From TPA_inf: Saccharomyces (taxonomy: Eukaryota), in contig BK006939.2 in NCBI GenBank assembly GCA_000146045.2, forward strand, positions 288,001 through 352,000: 64,000 nucleotides of DNA. The letters are read 5' to 3'. This document shows, piece after piece, positions 47,189-58,300 of this stretch. The notes beneath the pieces were generated by a model. That model was not told where the DNA came from. It did no database searches and saw nothing but the letters and a program-made list of their open reading frames with translations. A program made the translations under genes and the position numbers. Positions within the stretch are counted from its first letter, which is position 1. The number at the start of each line of letters is the position of its first letter.

Positions 47189-47738
47189 CACGGAGCAGAG
47201 AAGGGAGGGAAGACTGGAACGTGCACGGAAGCTATTCGATGAGGTCGGATGAACTGACTGTGAAAAGGAGGAAACACGGATAAATATACTACAAAAGAGA
47301 GAAAAAATACAACAAGATACCAAACAGGACGAAAGAGAGAAGAAATAGAGAAGATGCAAAGAAAAGAACACTTTTCAAAACCTGTCCCTGTTTTTGTTGT
47401 ACTCGGTTTTTTTCCTTTTTAAACTGTGTGCACTTTCTGATTCCGTCTTGTCGAGGCTGTCGGAGAAAAGAGTAGCACACACGACGATAACAATAGATAC
47501 GGTAGATTGGATGGGGCACAGATGTGCAAGGCAATGCGCGAATCCTGTCTACGATGTCTGTACCGTCCATCCTTTCTCCTTTGCATCGGAAACATCCGCG
47601 CTGTCTACCTTAGGAGGACCTCATGGGACGGGCGCTGGGGACTCGTGCCCATCCGGGACTGGGGGTGAGATTTCACAACGGGGCCGCTGCTGGTCTCACC
47701 CTCTGGCCGGGCCGGTCCGTTTTTGTGGCGTCGCTGCA

Positions 47739-47767
47739 GGTAAACGCGCAGTTTCTGCGCGTTTACC
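47739..47767. repeat. Perfect 29-nt palindrome (13-bp arms, 3-nt spacer) inside a GC-rich island.
   Basis: GGTAAACGCGCAG-TTT-CTGCGCGTTTACC. A second inverted repeat, GGTGAGA...TCTCACC, lies at 47664-47700. Confidence 0.85.
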
Positions 47768-47945
47768 CCTGAGGTGAATACCATCTTCAAGCGTCAAACT
47801 GCATCCGGATATCCTGCTGTTGGTAGCGATGGTGGTGGTAGTGGTGTATGCTCTTGGTTCTGGTGGTGTCTTGCGTCTTCTCTTCTCTTTCTGTTCGTTC
47901 GGTTCGTATATAGGTATGTATATATAATGAAGGATGGAAGATCCT

Positions 47946-49340
47946 TCATTGCAAGTGGGAACGGCCGGCCTTGTGGTCAGTGTTACTGTCATTCTCGGGA
48001 TGGGAGGAAGCCGGGTCATGGCCCATGGTTTGGAGCAGTTGGGCCAAGGCAGACTGGGGAAGAGTGTAGGTGACTTTGTTCCCGTTGCTGTCTGTCTTCA
48101 CTCCTCCTGTAGCACCAAGTAGCGCCTCCAAGGATGCTAGATCAATGGGGCCGGAGGTCTTGCTCTTGGATTGGCTGGAAGGGTCAAGATTTTCTGCATC
48201 TGTGTCAGCGTCCGTGTCGTCTATGTCCATTGGATCGTCGTTATCGGCGGCAGTCACCGAGGCCACAGCGGCTTCGTGGTCGCGAGTGAATTTGTCCTGA
48301 GGTTTCTTCGTAGTGATAGCGAACACCTGTTCGTCGTTACATTTGGAAAAATCGTAGTAACTAAACACCCTTCTTCTCTTGTCTGCAAAAGAACGCACTG
48401 ATGTGCGGTGGGCCTTGGACTTCATACGGTCGCTCCATTGAGCGACGTCTTCACCTTCTTTCAGCAGCGCGACAACCACTATACTCATGTTGTCGCATCC
48501 AATACCCGTCCCCTCTGTGGTGGGAGCACAACAGACATCGATGATCCGCGAAGAAATTTCATTCAATGTCTTGCCTTCGCGAAGGCCGAGATGAACCAAG
48601 TCCACACAATCTTGGGAAGTCAAACAATCCCAGATACCATCACAGGCTAAGATTACAAACTCGTCCCTATCGTAATCTAGAGAATGCTCGAGAATGTCCG
48701 GAACACATGTCACTATTTGCTCCTCGGGGCCCAATTTGGGGTTGGATTTGAACTCAAAATCACCAATGGCACGAGAGAGCGCCAAGTTACCGTTGACCCT
48801 ATCCATTTCTACGAAGCCATCAGCTGCCACAATACGTGATTTTTCGCTTGCTAGAGTGGGCTTGTGATCGTATGATAATGCCTTTGCGTTCCCGTCGGTG
48901 GCGAGTACGGTTCTACTGTCACCAGCGTTACCACATACTAACAAGTTCTGGGACTTTGATACTAATATGGATGTAGCCGTACATCCGCTATGGTCTTCTT
49001 TCATCACAGGATCTTGTAACAGTTTCACGTCTGTGTTTATGAAAGTATCAATCAAAGCCCTTGGTAAATTTCCTTCATGGAACGATTTCTGCTCTTGCAG
49101 GATCTCCACTATTTTATTACCACAGTATTCTGCTACTTTAGCGCCACCATGACCATCGAATATACCGTAAAATGCAATATGGTCCTTATCGGACTTTGTC
49201 AAAACATTAGGCTCTAGAATGTGTGAATCCTCCATTGACATCCGCCACCCTTGCATTGCACACAGTCCAAACGCGGTCAAGGAGTCAGCACCGGAGTGGC
49301 TCTCTTTATCAATTACCGGGTTTGATAGAATTTGTCCCAT
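47946..49340 (-). CDS. PTC2: PTC2, type 2C Ser/Thr protein phosphatase, 464 aa.
   Basis: 464-aa ORF of exact length with PP2C motifs (MEDSH...[10 protein letters not shown]...LACDGIWD). Confidence 0.95.
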
Positions 49341-49786
49341 TTTTCTTTTTCTGGTTCTCTATATTTTATACAACAATGGAATAGTCAAAATCCTAGGGAT
49401 GTTATTAATCGGAAAACTACTATCTCGAACGAATAGTTATAATTAATCAATGAAAAAAAAAAAGAGAAAGTAAAAAATGTTACAACAACTAATATACACT
49501 AATTGTCCTTGATAACAGAACTTGTTGTAGTTTTATTCCGTGGGGAGGAGGGTGAATTTTTTTTATTTAGTTTTAAAGAACAAAACAGAAGTCTATATAC
49601 TTAGCACTATAATATCCAGTTTCAATTTGCTCTGTCAGAATCCGAATTGGCTGGTTTTCTTTGTTTTACCATCCCCTTCCATTTATCAGCATGATATTTT
49701 TTTTTTTAGAATAATCCTTTCAATCGTTGAAGTAGTTTGTGGGAAAAAAAAAGTTGTTAAAGGCATTAACGTACACAGTGATTTGC

Positions 49787-49793
49787 TGACTCA
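49787..49793. promoter_or_regulatory. Gcn4 site (TGACTCA) upstream of TRP2.
   Basis: TGACTCA at 49787-49793, 156 bp upstream of the TRP2 ATG. Confidence 0.5.
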
Positions 49794-49948
49794 TTACGAT
49801 TTTTCACTCATCGAAGTATTGTTAGATTTTGATATATTAACATGACTAAAGGGCTATGGTCCATCGTAGCAGAAGGCAATCATCACTTTAAAACCGAGGC
49901 CACAATCGATAATTAGCACTGATATTCTGATTGGAAAAAAGGCAAAAA

Positions 49949-51472
49949 ATGACCGCTTCCATCAAAATTCAACCGGATATTGACTCTCTAAAGCAATTAC
50001 AGCAGCAAAATGACGATAGTTCCATAAATATGTATCCCGTGTATGCGTATTTGCCATCATTGGATCTGACTCCTCACGTGGCATATCTAAAATTGGCACA
50101 ATTGAACAACCCTGATAGAAAGGAATCATTTCTGTTGGAAAGTGCTAAGACAAATAATGAATTAGATCGTTATTCATTCATAGGTATCTCGCCACGCAAG
50201 ACCATCAAAACCGGTCCTACTGAAGGCATTGAAACAGATCCTTTGGAAATTTTGGAAAAGGAGATGTCTACCTTTAAAGTAGCCGAAAATGTTCCTGGTT
50301 TACCGAAATTAAGTGGTGGTGCTATTGGTTATATTTCTTATGACTGTGTTCGTTATTTCGAGCCAAAAACAAGAAGGCCTTTGAAAGATGTCCTAAGACT
50401 TCCAGAGGCATATTTAATGCTTTGTGATACCATTATTGCCTTTGATAATGTTTTTCAGAGATTTCAAATCATTCATAACATTAATACCAATGAAACTTCG
50501 TTGGAGGAAGGTTACCAAGCTGCAGCACAAATAATCACTGATATCGTATCAAAGCTAACCGACGATTCCTCGCCAATACCATATCCAGAACAACCTCCTA
50601 TTAAATTGAATCAAACTTTTGAATCGAATGTGGGCAAGGAAGGTTACGAAAATCACGTCTCCACTTTGAAGAAGCATATTAAGAAAGGTGATATTATTCA
50701 AGGTGTGCCATCGCAAAGAGTGGCAAGGCCAACTTCGTTACATCCTTTCAATATTTACAGACATTTACGTACAGTGAACCCATCTCCTTACCTGTTTTAT
50801 ATTGATTGTTTGGATTTCCAAATCATTGGTGCATCTCCAGAATTGTTGTGCAAATCGGATTCCAAAAATAGAGTCATTACCCATCCAATTGCTGGTACTG
50901 TCAAACGTGGGGCTACTACTGAAGAGGATGATGCTTTAGCGGACCAATTACGTGGCTCGTTAAAAGACCGTGCAGAACATGTTATGCTGGTAGATTTAGC
51001 AAGAAACGATATTAACAGAATTTGTGACCCATTAACAACAAGTGTCGATAAACTGTTAACTATTCAAAAATTTTCTCATGTCCAACATCTGGTTTCTCAA
51101 GTCAGCGGTGTTCTCCGCCCAGAAAAGACAAGATTTGATGCATTCAGATCGATTTTCCCTGCAGGTACTGTCAGTGGTGCTCCAAAGGTTAGAGCCATGG
51201 AATTGATTGCCGAACTAGAAGGAGAAAGGCGTGGGGTTTATGCAGGCGCCGTAGGTCATTGGTCATACGACGGTAAAACAATGGACAATTGTATCGCTTT
51301 AAGGACTATGGTCTATAAAGATGGCATTGCTTACTTGCAAGCTGGCGGTGGTATTGTTTACGATTCAGATGAGTACGATGAATATGTCGAAACCATGAAT
51401 AAAATGATGGCCAATCACAGTACTATTGTGCAAGCAGAAGAATTGTGGGCCGATATCGTAGGATCAGCTTAA
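49949..51472 (+). CDS. TRP2: TRP2, anthranilate synthase component I, 507 aa.
   Basis: The first ATG is at 49949 (MTASIKIQPDIDSLKQ...); the track ORF starts at a TTG 6 codons upstream. It is a chorismate-binding enzyme of the TrpE family. Confidence 0.95.
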   Translation: MTASIKIQPDIDSLKQLQQQNDDSSINMYPVYAYLPSLDLTPHVAYLKLAQLNNPDRKESFLLESAKTNNELDRYSFIGISPRKTIKTGPTEGIETDPLEILEKEMSTFKVAENVPGLPKLSGGAIGYISYDCVRYFEPKTRRPLKDVLRLPEAYLMLCDTIIAFDNVFQRFQIIHNINTNETSLEEGYQAAAQIITDIVSKLTDDSSPIPYPEQPPIKLNQTFESNVGKEGYENHVSTLKKHIKKGDIIQGVPSQRVARPTSLHPFNIYRHLRTVNPSPYLFYIDCLDFQIIGASPELLCKSDSKNRVITHPIAGTVKRGATTEEDDALADQLRGSLKDRAEHVMLVDLARNDINRICDPLTTSVDKLLTIQKFSHVQHLVSQVSGVLRPEKTRFDAFRSIFPAGTVSGAPKVRAMELIAELEGERRGVYAGAVGHWSYDGKTMDNCIALRTMVYKDGIAYLQAGGGIVYDSDEYDEYVETMNKMMANHSTIVQAEELWADIVGSA

Positions 51473-51863
51473 AAAGGGCATTCTCTGTTTTTTTCCCCTT
51501 AGACGACATTTTTATAGTTTTCGAATAATATGATATAATGATGTATAGCAGGATCCTGAAAAGTATTATTCTTTCGACATATACATTTGGTCCGACTTAC
51601 AACCAAAAAATTTTTGTTCAAAAAATATAGGAAATTTTAGAAAACGAATGTTGAATGCGTTATAAATAATACAGAATGTACGTGTATATAAAAATATAAT
51701 AAAAAAAATGCAAGAGTTATGGCTTTGTAATAAAATTGATATCAAAAAATTACCCAAATAAACTTTTAAATGTGAACACAAAAATTAAATCACCGATGTT
51801 GAATCCCAGAATAAAAAACAAAAAGTTCAGAAAATATCATTACTTTGCTTCCTTTTTAAAACC

Positions 51864-54167
51864 TTAATTCTTGTATTGTTCACGGAAGTACTTGGCGGCT
51901 TCGACCATATGAGTCAAAGACAATCTAGTTTCTTCCCAGCCTCTAGTCTTCAAACCACAATCTGGGTTAACCCAGAACTTTTCAGCTGGGTAGCTCTTCA
52001 AGATGGTTGAAATCTTGGCGATAAATTCATCCTTTGATGGAATTCTTGGAGAATGAATATCGAATAAACCTAGACCAATGTGGTTTGGATAGTTTTTGAA
52101 TTCAGCAATGTAGTTAGCATCGTCCTTCTTAGAGAATTCGATGGAAACAACATCAGCATCCAAAGCCTTGATATGGTTTGGATCCAAGTCAGAGTAACAG
52201 AAATGAGAGTGTATTTGAGTCTTGTTAGCAACACCAGAAGTAGCAACTCTGAAAGCTTCGGCAGCCCAGGTGTAGTAAGCAGATCTCTCAGTACCTTCTC
52301 TCAATGGTAAACCTTCTCTTAAAGCTGGTTCATCAACTTGGATAACCTTGATACCGGCAGCTTCCAAATCATTGACTTCATCTCTCAAAGCCAAAGCTAA
52401 TTGCATAGCTTGAGTTTTTTGGTCGACATCGTCTCTTGGGAAAGACCATCTCAAACAGGTAATTGGACCAGTCAACATACCCTTTACTGGCTTAGAAGTG
52501 ATGGATTGAGCGTAAACAGATTCCTTGACGGACATAGCCTTTGGTCTGGACAAGTCACCAACAATAATTGGTGGTCTGACATATCTGGAACCGTAAGATT
52601 GAACCCAACCGTTAACAGTGAAAGCATAACCGTTGATTTGTTCACCGAAGTATTGAACCATATCGTTTCTTTCTGGTTCACCGTGGACTAAGACATCCAA
52701 ACCAATTTCTTCTTGGAATCTGATGACCTTTTCAATTTCAGAATTGATGAATTTTTCATATTCTTCAGCAGAGATGGTGCCCTTGTTGAATTTGTTTCTG
52801 TTAATTCTGATGTCCTTGGTTTGAGGGAAGGAACCAATAGTTGTTGTTGGGAACAATGGCAAGTTGAAGACTTTTTGTTGTTCAGGCAATCTTTGTTCAA
52901 ATGGAGCTGCTCTAGTAGACATTTTTTCGTCGATAGAGGCAACTCTGGCCTTAACGGCAGCATCGTGGATAAACTTGGATTTACCTCTGGATTCAACAGA
53001 TTTAGCGTTAGCTTCTAGGGCAGCAGCAACGTCTTGACCGGAAACGTTCTTGGTGATCACAACAACTTCATCCAATTTTTGAGTGGCGAAAGAGAAAAAG
53101 CCCTTGATTTCAGCGTCCAACTTGGTTTCGTTGTTCAAATCAACTGGTGTGTGCAATAGAGAAGAAGAAGTGGCAACAACGACTCTGTCAGCACCCAACT
53201 TTTCAATAGCCTTGTTAACGATAGCGGAAGACTTCTTGAAATCATTCTTCCAAATGTTTCTACCATCAACAATACCAACGGACAAGGTTTGTTTGTTACC
53301 AATGGCGGCAACGACTTCATCAAATTGTTCTGGAGCTCTAACAAAGTCAACGTGTAAGGCAGCAACTGGCAAGCCCTTGATGGCGTCTAAGTTAGGGACA
53401 ACGGTACCGAAGTAAGTAGCCAAAGTAATCTTTGGTAGATTGCTTTGTTCACCGAAGTAAGTGTAAGCCTTCTTAATGGCGGCTTGGGCGTTGGCAGGCA
53501 AGTCCAAAACTAAGACAGGTTCGTCAATTTGAACTTCAGTGGCACCAGCAGAAGCCAATTTAGATAGGATTTCAGTGTATAGAGGCAACAATTGTTCCAA
53601 TAGGGACAATGGTTCCAAATCTAGAGAATCCTTGTCAGCCTTACCCAAGAATAAGTAAGAAACTGGACCCAACAAGACAGGTCTAGTATGAATACCTAAC
53701 TCCTTGGCTTCCAAAAATTCGTCAACTGGCTTTTGGCCGTTCAACTTAAATTGAGTGGTCTTGGAGAAAGTTGGTCTAACGTAATGGTAGTTAGAGTCGA
53801 ACCATTTAACCATTTCCAAAGCAGTGACGTCGACAGCCTTTTCAGTTTCAGTGGCCTTTCTTTGTAAACCTCTACCCATAGCAAACAAAGTGTCGATTGG
53901 AGATAGATCGTACTTAGTGTAACGGTCTGGAATGACATTGAACAACAAAGACAAATCCAAAACTTGGTCGTAAAAGGAGAAGTCATTGGATGGGATGATA
54001 TCAACACCAGCCTCCTTTTGCAACTTCCAGTTTTGAGTTCTCAAATCCTTACCGACCTTGAATAATTCATCGACAGTGATTTTACCGTTCCAGTAACCTT
54101 CAGTGGCCTTCTTTAATTCTCTGTTTGGACCGATTCTTGGGAACCCTAAGACAGCAGATTGAACCAT
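51864..54167 (-). CDS. MET6: MET6, cobalamin-independent methionine synthase, 767 aa.
   Basis: 767-aa ORF of exact length (MVQSAVLGFPRIGPNRELKKA...), a MetE-family protein. Confidence 0.96.
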   Translation of the reverse strand: MVQSAVLGFPRIGPNRELKKATEGYWNGKITVDELFKVGKDLRTQNWKLQKEAGVDIIPSNDFSFYDQVLDLSLLFNVIPDRYTKYDLSPIDTLFAMGRGLQRKATETEKAVDVTALEMVKWFDSNYHYVRPTFSKTTQFKLNGQKPVDEFLEAKELGIHTRPVLLGPVSYLFLGKADKDSLDLEPLSLLEQLLPLYTEILSKLASAGATEVQIDEPVLVLDLPANAQAAIKKAYTYFGEQSNLPKITLATYFGTVVPNLDAIKGLPVAALHVDFVRAPEQFDEVVAAIGNKQTLSVGIVDGRNIWKNDFKKSSAIVNKAIEKLGADRVVVATSSSLLHTPVDLNNETKLDAEIKGFFSFATQKLDEVVVITKNVSGQDVAAALEANAKSVESRGKSKFIHDAAVKARVASIDEKMSTRAAPFEQRLPEQQKVFNLPLFPTTTIGSFPQTKDIRINRNKFNKGTISAEEYEKFINSEIEKVIRFQEEIGLDVLVHGEPERNDMVQYFGEQINGYAFTVNGWVQSYGSRYVRPPIIVGDLSRPKAMSVKESVYAQSITSKPVKGMLTGPITCLRWSFPRDDVDQKTQAMQLALALRDEVNDLEAAGIKVIQVDEPALREGLPLREGTERSAYYTWAAEAFRVATSGVANKTQIHSHFCYSDLDPNHIKALDADVVSIEFSKKDDANYIAEFKNYPNHIGLGLFDIHSPRIPSKDEFIAKISTILKSYPAEKFWVNPDCGLKTRGWEETRLSLTHMVEAAKYFREQYKN

Positions 54168-54656
54168 TTTTGATATGTACTTTGAAATTATATTGGTATT
54201 TTGTTTCTTAGAGTGTTGTCAATGCTCTTAGATGCTTGCTTTTTTATGATAAAGGAAGAGTTTAACAAAAATATTGAATACGTAAAAGAGAAACTAATGC
54301 TAGTAAAGATGGAAATATCTATCACTTATATAGAATTTTTTTTTCTTTCCTTTTTTTCTTTCGCAGTTGGGAAAACTAGCTAGCTTCCCTTAAATTAGTG
54401 CATCTATCGCATTTGTTCCATATTCACATTCACAGTTCTCAATTGAGCAGAACGAGCTATGACTACCACAGTTTTGCGACCGGGAGATAGAGCGAAAGAG
54501 CTGCCATGACTGCGATGACTCTAGCGAAAAATATTGGCCTTTTGCACGTTCGCGACTAAACGAGTTCGATAGTAGTCCCGTTTCTGGTTTTTTCCCTTTA
54601 CCGGCCCACATTTTTTCACCTGACTCCGGTCCTGACGTACGACTCTGTTTGTAAGT

Positions 54657-54700
54657 CACGTGAAATATTTCCTGTGGCTTTTACTAGTAATGTGCACGTG
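54657..54700. promoter_or_regulatory. Two Cbf1 E-boxes (TCACGTGA and GCACGTGAT) with a CTGTGG(C) Met31/32-like core between them, in the MET6-IES5 divergent region.
   Basis: CACGTG at 54657-54662 and 54695-54700; CTGTGGC at 54672-54678. They are about 490-530 bp upstream of the MET6 ATG. Confidence 0.5.
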
Positions 54701-54854
54701 ATGTGGCGTGATGGTCCTTTACCCGGAGTGCGGGACCCTGGTTCATGAAAAATTGTGTGAAATCAACTGCATTTTTGGAAGCGAAAAAGATGATGAACCT
54801 GAGTTGAATGGCTGTGGGAAACCAATACTTGACTGATTATAAAACAAGAAAAAA

Positions 54855-55232
54855 ATGCCTAGTAAAGATCCAGAGAGCGTTATAGACAAAGAAATACGGA
54901 AGATATCAGCAAGAAATGATGAGCTTATCAAACAGGATGGGACTCTAAAAAGGGAATACACTACATTATTGAGAAAAGTATCGAGCGTGATAACGGTACT
55001 GAACAGTATTGATGATGCAGATACTGGTTCTGCTGAAACGGAACTCCCACGCTTAATATCTCAAGCAACAGTAGAGAAAGTACCCGAATTGAAGTGGTAC
55101 AATGATCAGATATCACTGATTACAGAAAAGTTGGAGGACGATGAAGATATTGAGGTTCCCGAGGAGCTAATGGATGCTTATACTCTGTACAAGGAAACCC
55201 CATTATTATATAATGATACGCACACACCATAA
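54855..55232 (+). CDS. IES5: IES5, INO80 complex subunit, 125 aa.
   Basis: Exact 125-aa ATG ORF (MPSKDPESVIDKEIRKISARNDELIKQDGTLKREY...). Confidence 0.88.
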   Translation: MPSKDPESVIDKEIRKISARNDELIKQDGTLKREYTTLLRKVSSVITVLNSIDDADTGSAETELPRLISQATVEKVPELKWYNDQISLITEKLEDDEDIEVPEELMDAYTLYKETPLLYNDTHTP

Positions 55233-55319
55233 CGGTTTTGTATGCTGTGGTGTAGGGAAGTGCCTGGGTCTATGGAATATTGTGACTATATACATTTATA
55301 CATGCGGCCCTTTTTTGCT

Positions 55320-58300
55320 CTAACGTGTAAAATTAGCCGGCCTTTTGTCCCTTTTGTTGTCGTGCCTGATGACATTTTCAAGCGCTCTATTGTTAATAAA
55401 TAGTCCGCAAAGAAACTTCCTAACATGTGGCTTAAACCGATACTTCGACATCATATTAAATACTTTGAAGAACATTTTCTCGTTTTCAAAAAGCCTTGGA
55501 CCGTATTTATTGTTTATTTCTGTAATCTCCTTCACTGCGTGATTTGAAAGGATATGATTGCCTAGCTGACTTACTATATGTAGTACCTTGCTCTCGATGG
55601 AGTCATCGTCATTGCGGTATTGTGTAACATAGGGAGAAGAAAGGCCTTCGTTTGCGAAAAGACTACTATTTTCACCTGAAACAGTGATAGTTTGACTTGT
55701 GATATCGTTGTCGTATTTATTAGTAATGATTTTTTCATTTAATGGATTCTCTGCGGTATCTTTCTCTTTGAGTAGTTTGTCCAAATCAAATTCGATGGGT
55801 AAGCATTTTTCTATCAAGTCGCCATCGCTTTTATTAAAAACAATCATCTCATCAGAATACTCGCCAAATGCGGACCATTTGTGTTCGTTATACGATAGAA
55901 ATCTATCGAGCCTATTTGGTAGTGCGATCCCGATAGGCTCATCTTGTACACTGACACAACAGTTCCATCCCATCTCGTCTAGAATTTCGCAACCCTCGCG
56001 GGTCATGCTGATTAATCCCAGAACATAAAATGCTGTAAACCTAACGCTGGTTACGCTGGCATTGTAGGCCACCTCGATAATATCTTCCACCAATGAGTAG
56101 TTATCTAGTAGACCTATCCCCAATTCTGTGGATCCGATAAACCCAACACACCATAATGCTGCTTTTAAGTCGAGAATTTCTTTGGCATTTTCTACTGTGG
56201 CCATATTGTTTCCGTTGACGTATTTTTTTATAACGTTCATGAAAGTAACCAAATCTCCTGTTTGGCTTAATAGTAATATTCCGTCTTCTGTTTTCGTTAG
56301 ACTTTCATAAAAATGCAATGGCAGGCGACTCTTTTGTTGAAATGTGAGGGATTTTGCATTAATTGATTCATTTTTCTTCAGGAATTCCTCCACAATATGA
56401 ACATACTCAATGTTTTTTTTAGATAACCACGAATCCCTTTCCTCCTTCACAAAATTGATTTCGTTCAACAACTGGAACCCGTATGGGCGGCTTAATAACT
56501 CGAAAAGTATTGGAGACCTAATGAATACCATTTGGTTTAAAAACATCCTAAATGAGGTGCCCAGCTCTTCAGAGCCATTGCCCGCGACAATACATTCATA
56601 TAAAGCTTGGTCTGCTACGGCGACTACGCTGGGGCTCAGGTCGTATAGTTGCCTTGTTAACATTTCCATTTTGAATTGCTGCAGTTTCACTTTATTCGCT
56701 TTTAACTTAAGATCACTTTCTTTCGTGGATAACAGTTCTTTTAGTTTATCGCCTATATGCTTTGTAGCCTCAATCCTAACTTTCTCATTGGCCACTACAA
56801 GGGCCTTGCCGATAATGACGCGGCAATGTGATGAATATTTCAAATCTAATTCTGGTATTGTTAATAATAGAAACTCAAGCCCCAGTTTCGATTCAAATTG
56901 AAACATCTTATAGATTACGGTAAAAAAATTCCACCTCGTTAGGATATGAACCCCATTCTTTGACTGCGTCAATATTCCGATGAATTTGAAGTATCCAAAT
57001 ATTATTTTTTCTCGTAGTTTATTCTTGTTGAAGATGTTGCCTGATATATTTCCCTCCATTGCTCTAAACATTAAAGACGCCAGTTGCGGTATAATTTTTG
57101 TATCATCCATAAGGATTTTCATTCCTTCTGGAGTCGCCGTTAGTGTTTTGAAAAACTGGCATCCAACTTGTACATACTTTTGAGATAATTTTGCGCCTTT
57201 ATTGACGTTGGAAAATCTCAATCTGAGTGGTCTGTAAAACACCAAAAGTCTTCTGATGAATTTGGTTGATTTAACTAATTCTTCTAGTTGCTTTTTATTT
57301 AGTAATGGTCCTTCAAGTAATTCGTTAATTATGTTCCAATTCCATCGCGTAAAATCCTTCGTTTGCAAAACTTTAGAGTCATAAACCATTCTTCTAAATC
57401 GGAAATCATCTACTTCGCGGAGAAGAGTATTCTCTTTAATATTTTTGGAAAATGATTTTATATTTTGAGCATAATCAATGCCCGACATGCCAATTGTATT
57501 CCTGTTTCTATTCATTTTATAAGCGATCTTCTTGAACTGGAATGTTTCATTGACGTAAGTGAAGTTCTCCTTGTAAATTGGTTTTGATACTGAAGTATAC
57601 TTTTTATCGACTAAATTCATTCTTAAATTAAAATATTCGGTAAGAAGATATCTGCCTTTTGCTACCAAGTGATCATCTCTATCTTCTTCGTTCAAAAGTT
57701 CAAGGAGGTGGGGTACAAATTCCGAGTTCTCCAGAATTAGCACAATTAAGGCTAGCCGTTGATTCACAGACATACACTCTTTGTAGTACTGAGATGGGAT
57801 TGGTTTGAAAGAATGAGAATGTCTGCCCCTTGGCTTGTATGGTAGTGGTTTGATTTTCAAAACATCAAGAAAGATGTCGATAAGATATTGGGCGCATATA
57901 GGAATTTGGAAGAATGACACCAGCTGTTTTAACGGTTTGAAATTGTTGTTAGAAAAAAGCATAAAGCCATTGTAGCTGTTCAAAGTTATTGAGATAAGTG
58001 TAGAAGCGTTTTGCATTTTTTCCACATTAACGTTTGACTTTGTATTTGTATCCGAAAAGACCGTGGTTAACACAGATACATTGAAATCTTCCAGAAAATG
58101 TTGCCTTGTCTTGTGTGTAGCCATTAATTGTAAAATAGTATCAAGTATTACTGATGCGAGTGAAAAAGAAGTATAATCTTGTAAAAATCCCTCGATCACT
58201 CTCATACCACGGCATTCTTTAACCATTTCAGGGGCGACAAAACAAAGTTCCAACAAAGTTTCTAATGCCATGTGCCTTAAGGAGTCTTCAGGTTTTTCAA

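Noticed and set aside
47600-47800. Considered whether the GC-rich structured island is a known structured RNA gene (RPR1, SCR1, or a snoRNA or snRNA).
   Set aside because: The sequence does not match what I recall of RPR1 or SCR1, and no box C/D (RUGAUGA...CUGA) or H/ACA architecture is evident. Those genes map elsewhere on chromosome V. It is kept only as an unexplained element in the findings.
47394-48073. Four overlapping ORFs on both strands (47394..47777, 47605..47790, 47696..48019, 47774..48073).
   Set aside because: Open frames on both strands over the same GC-rich segment are the expected consequence of low stop-codon density in GC-rich DNA. No coding signal.
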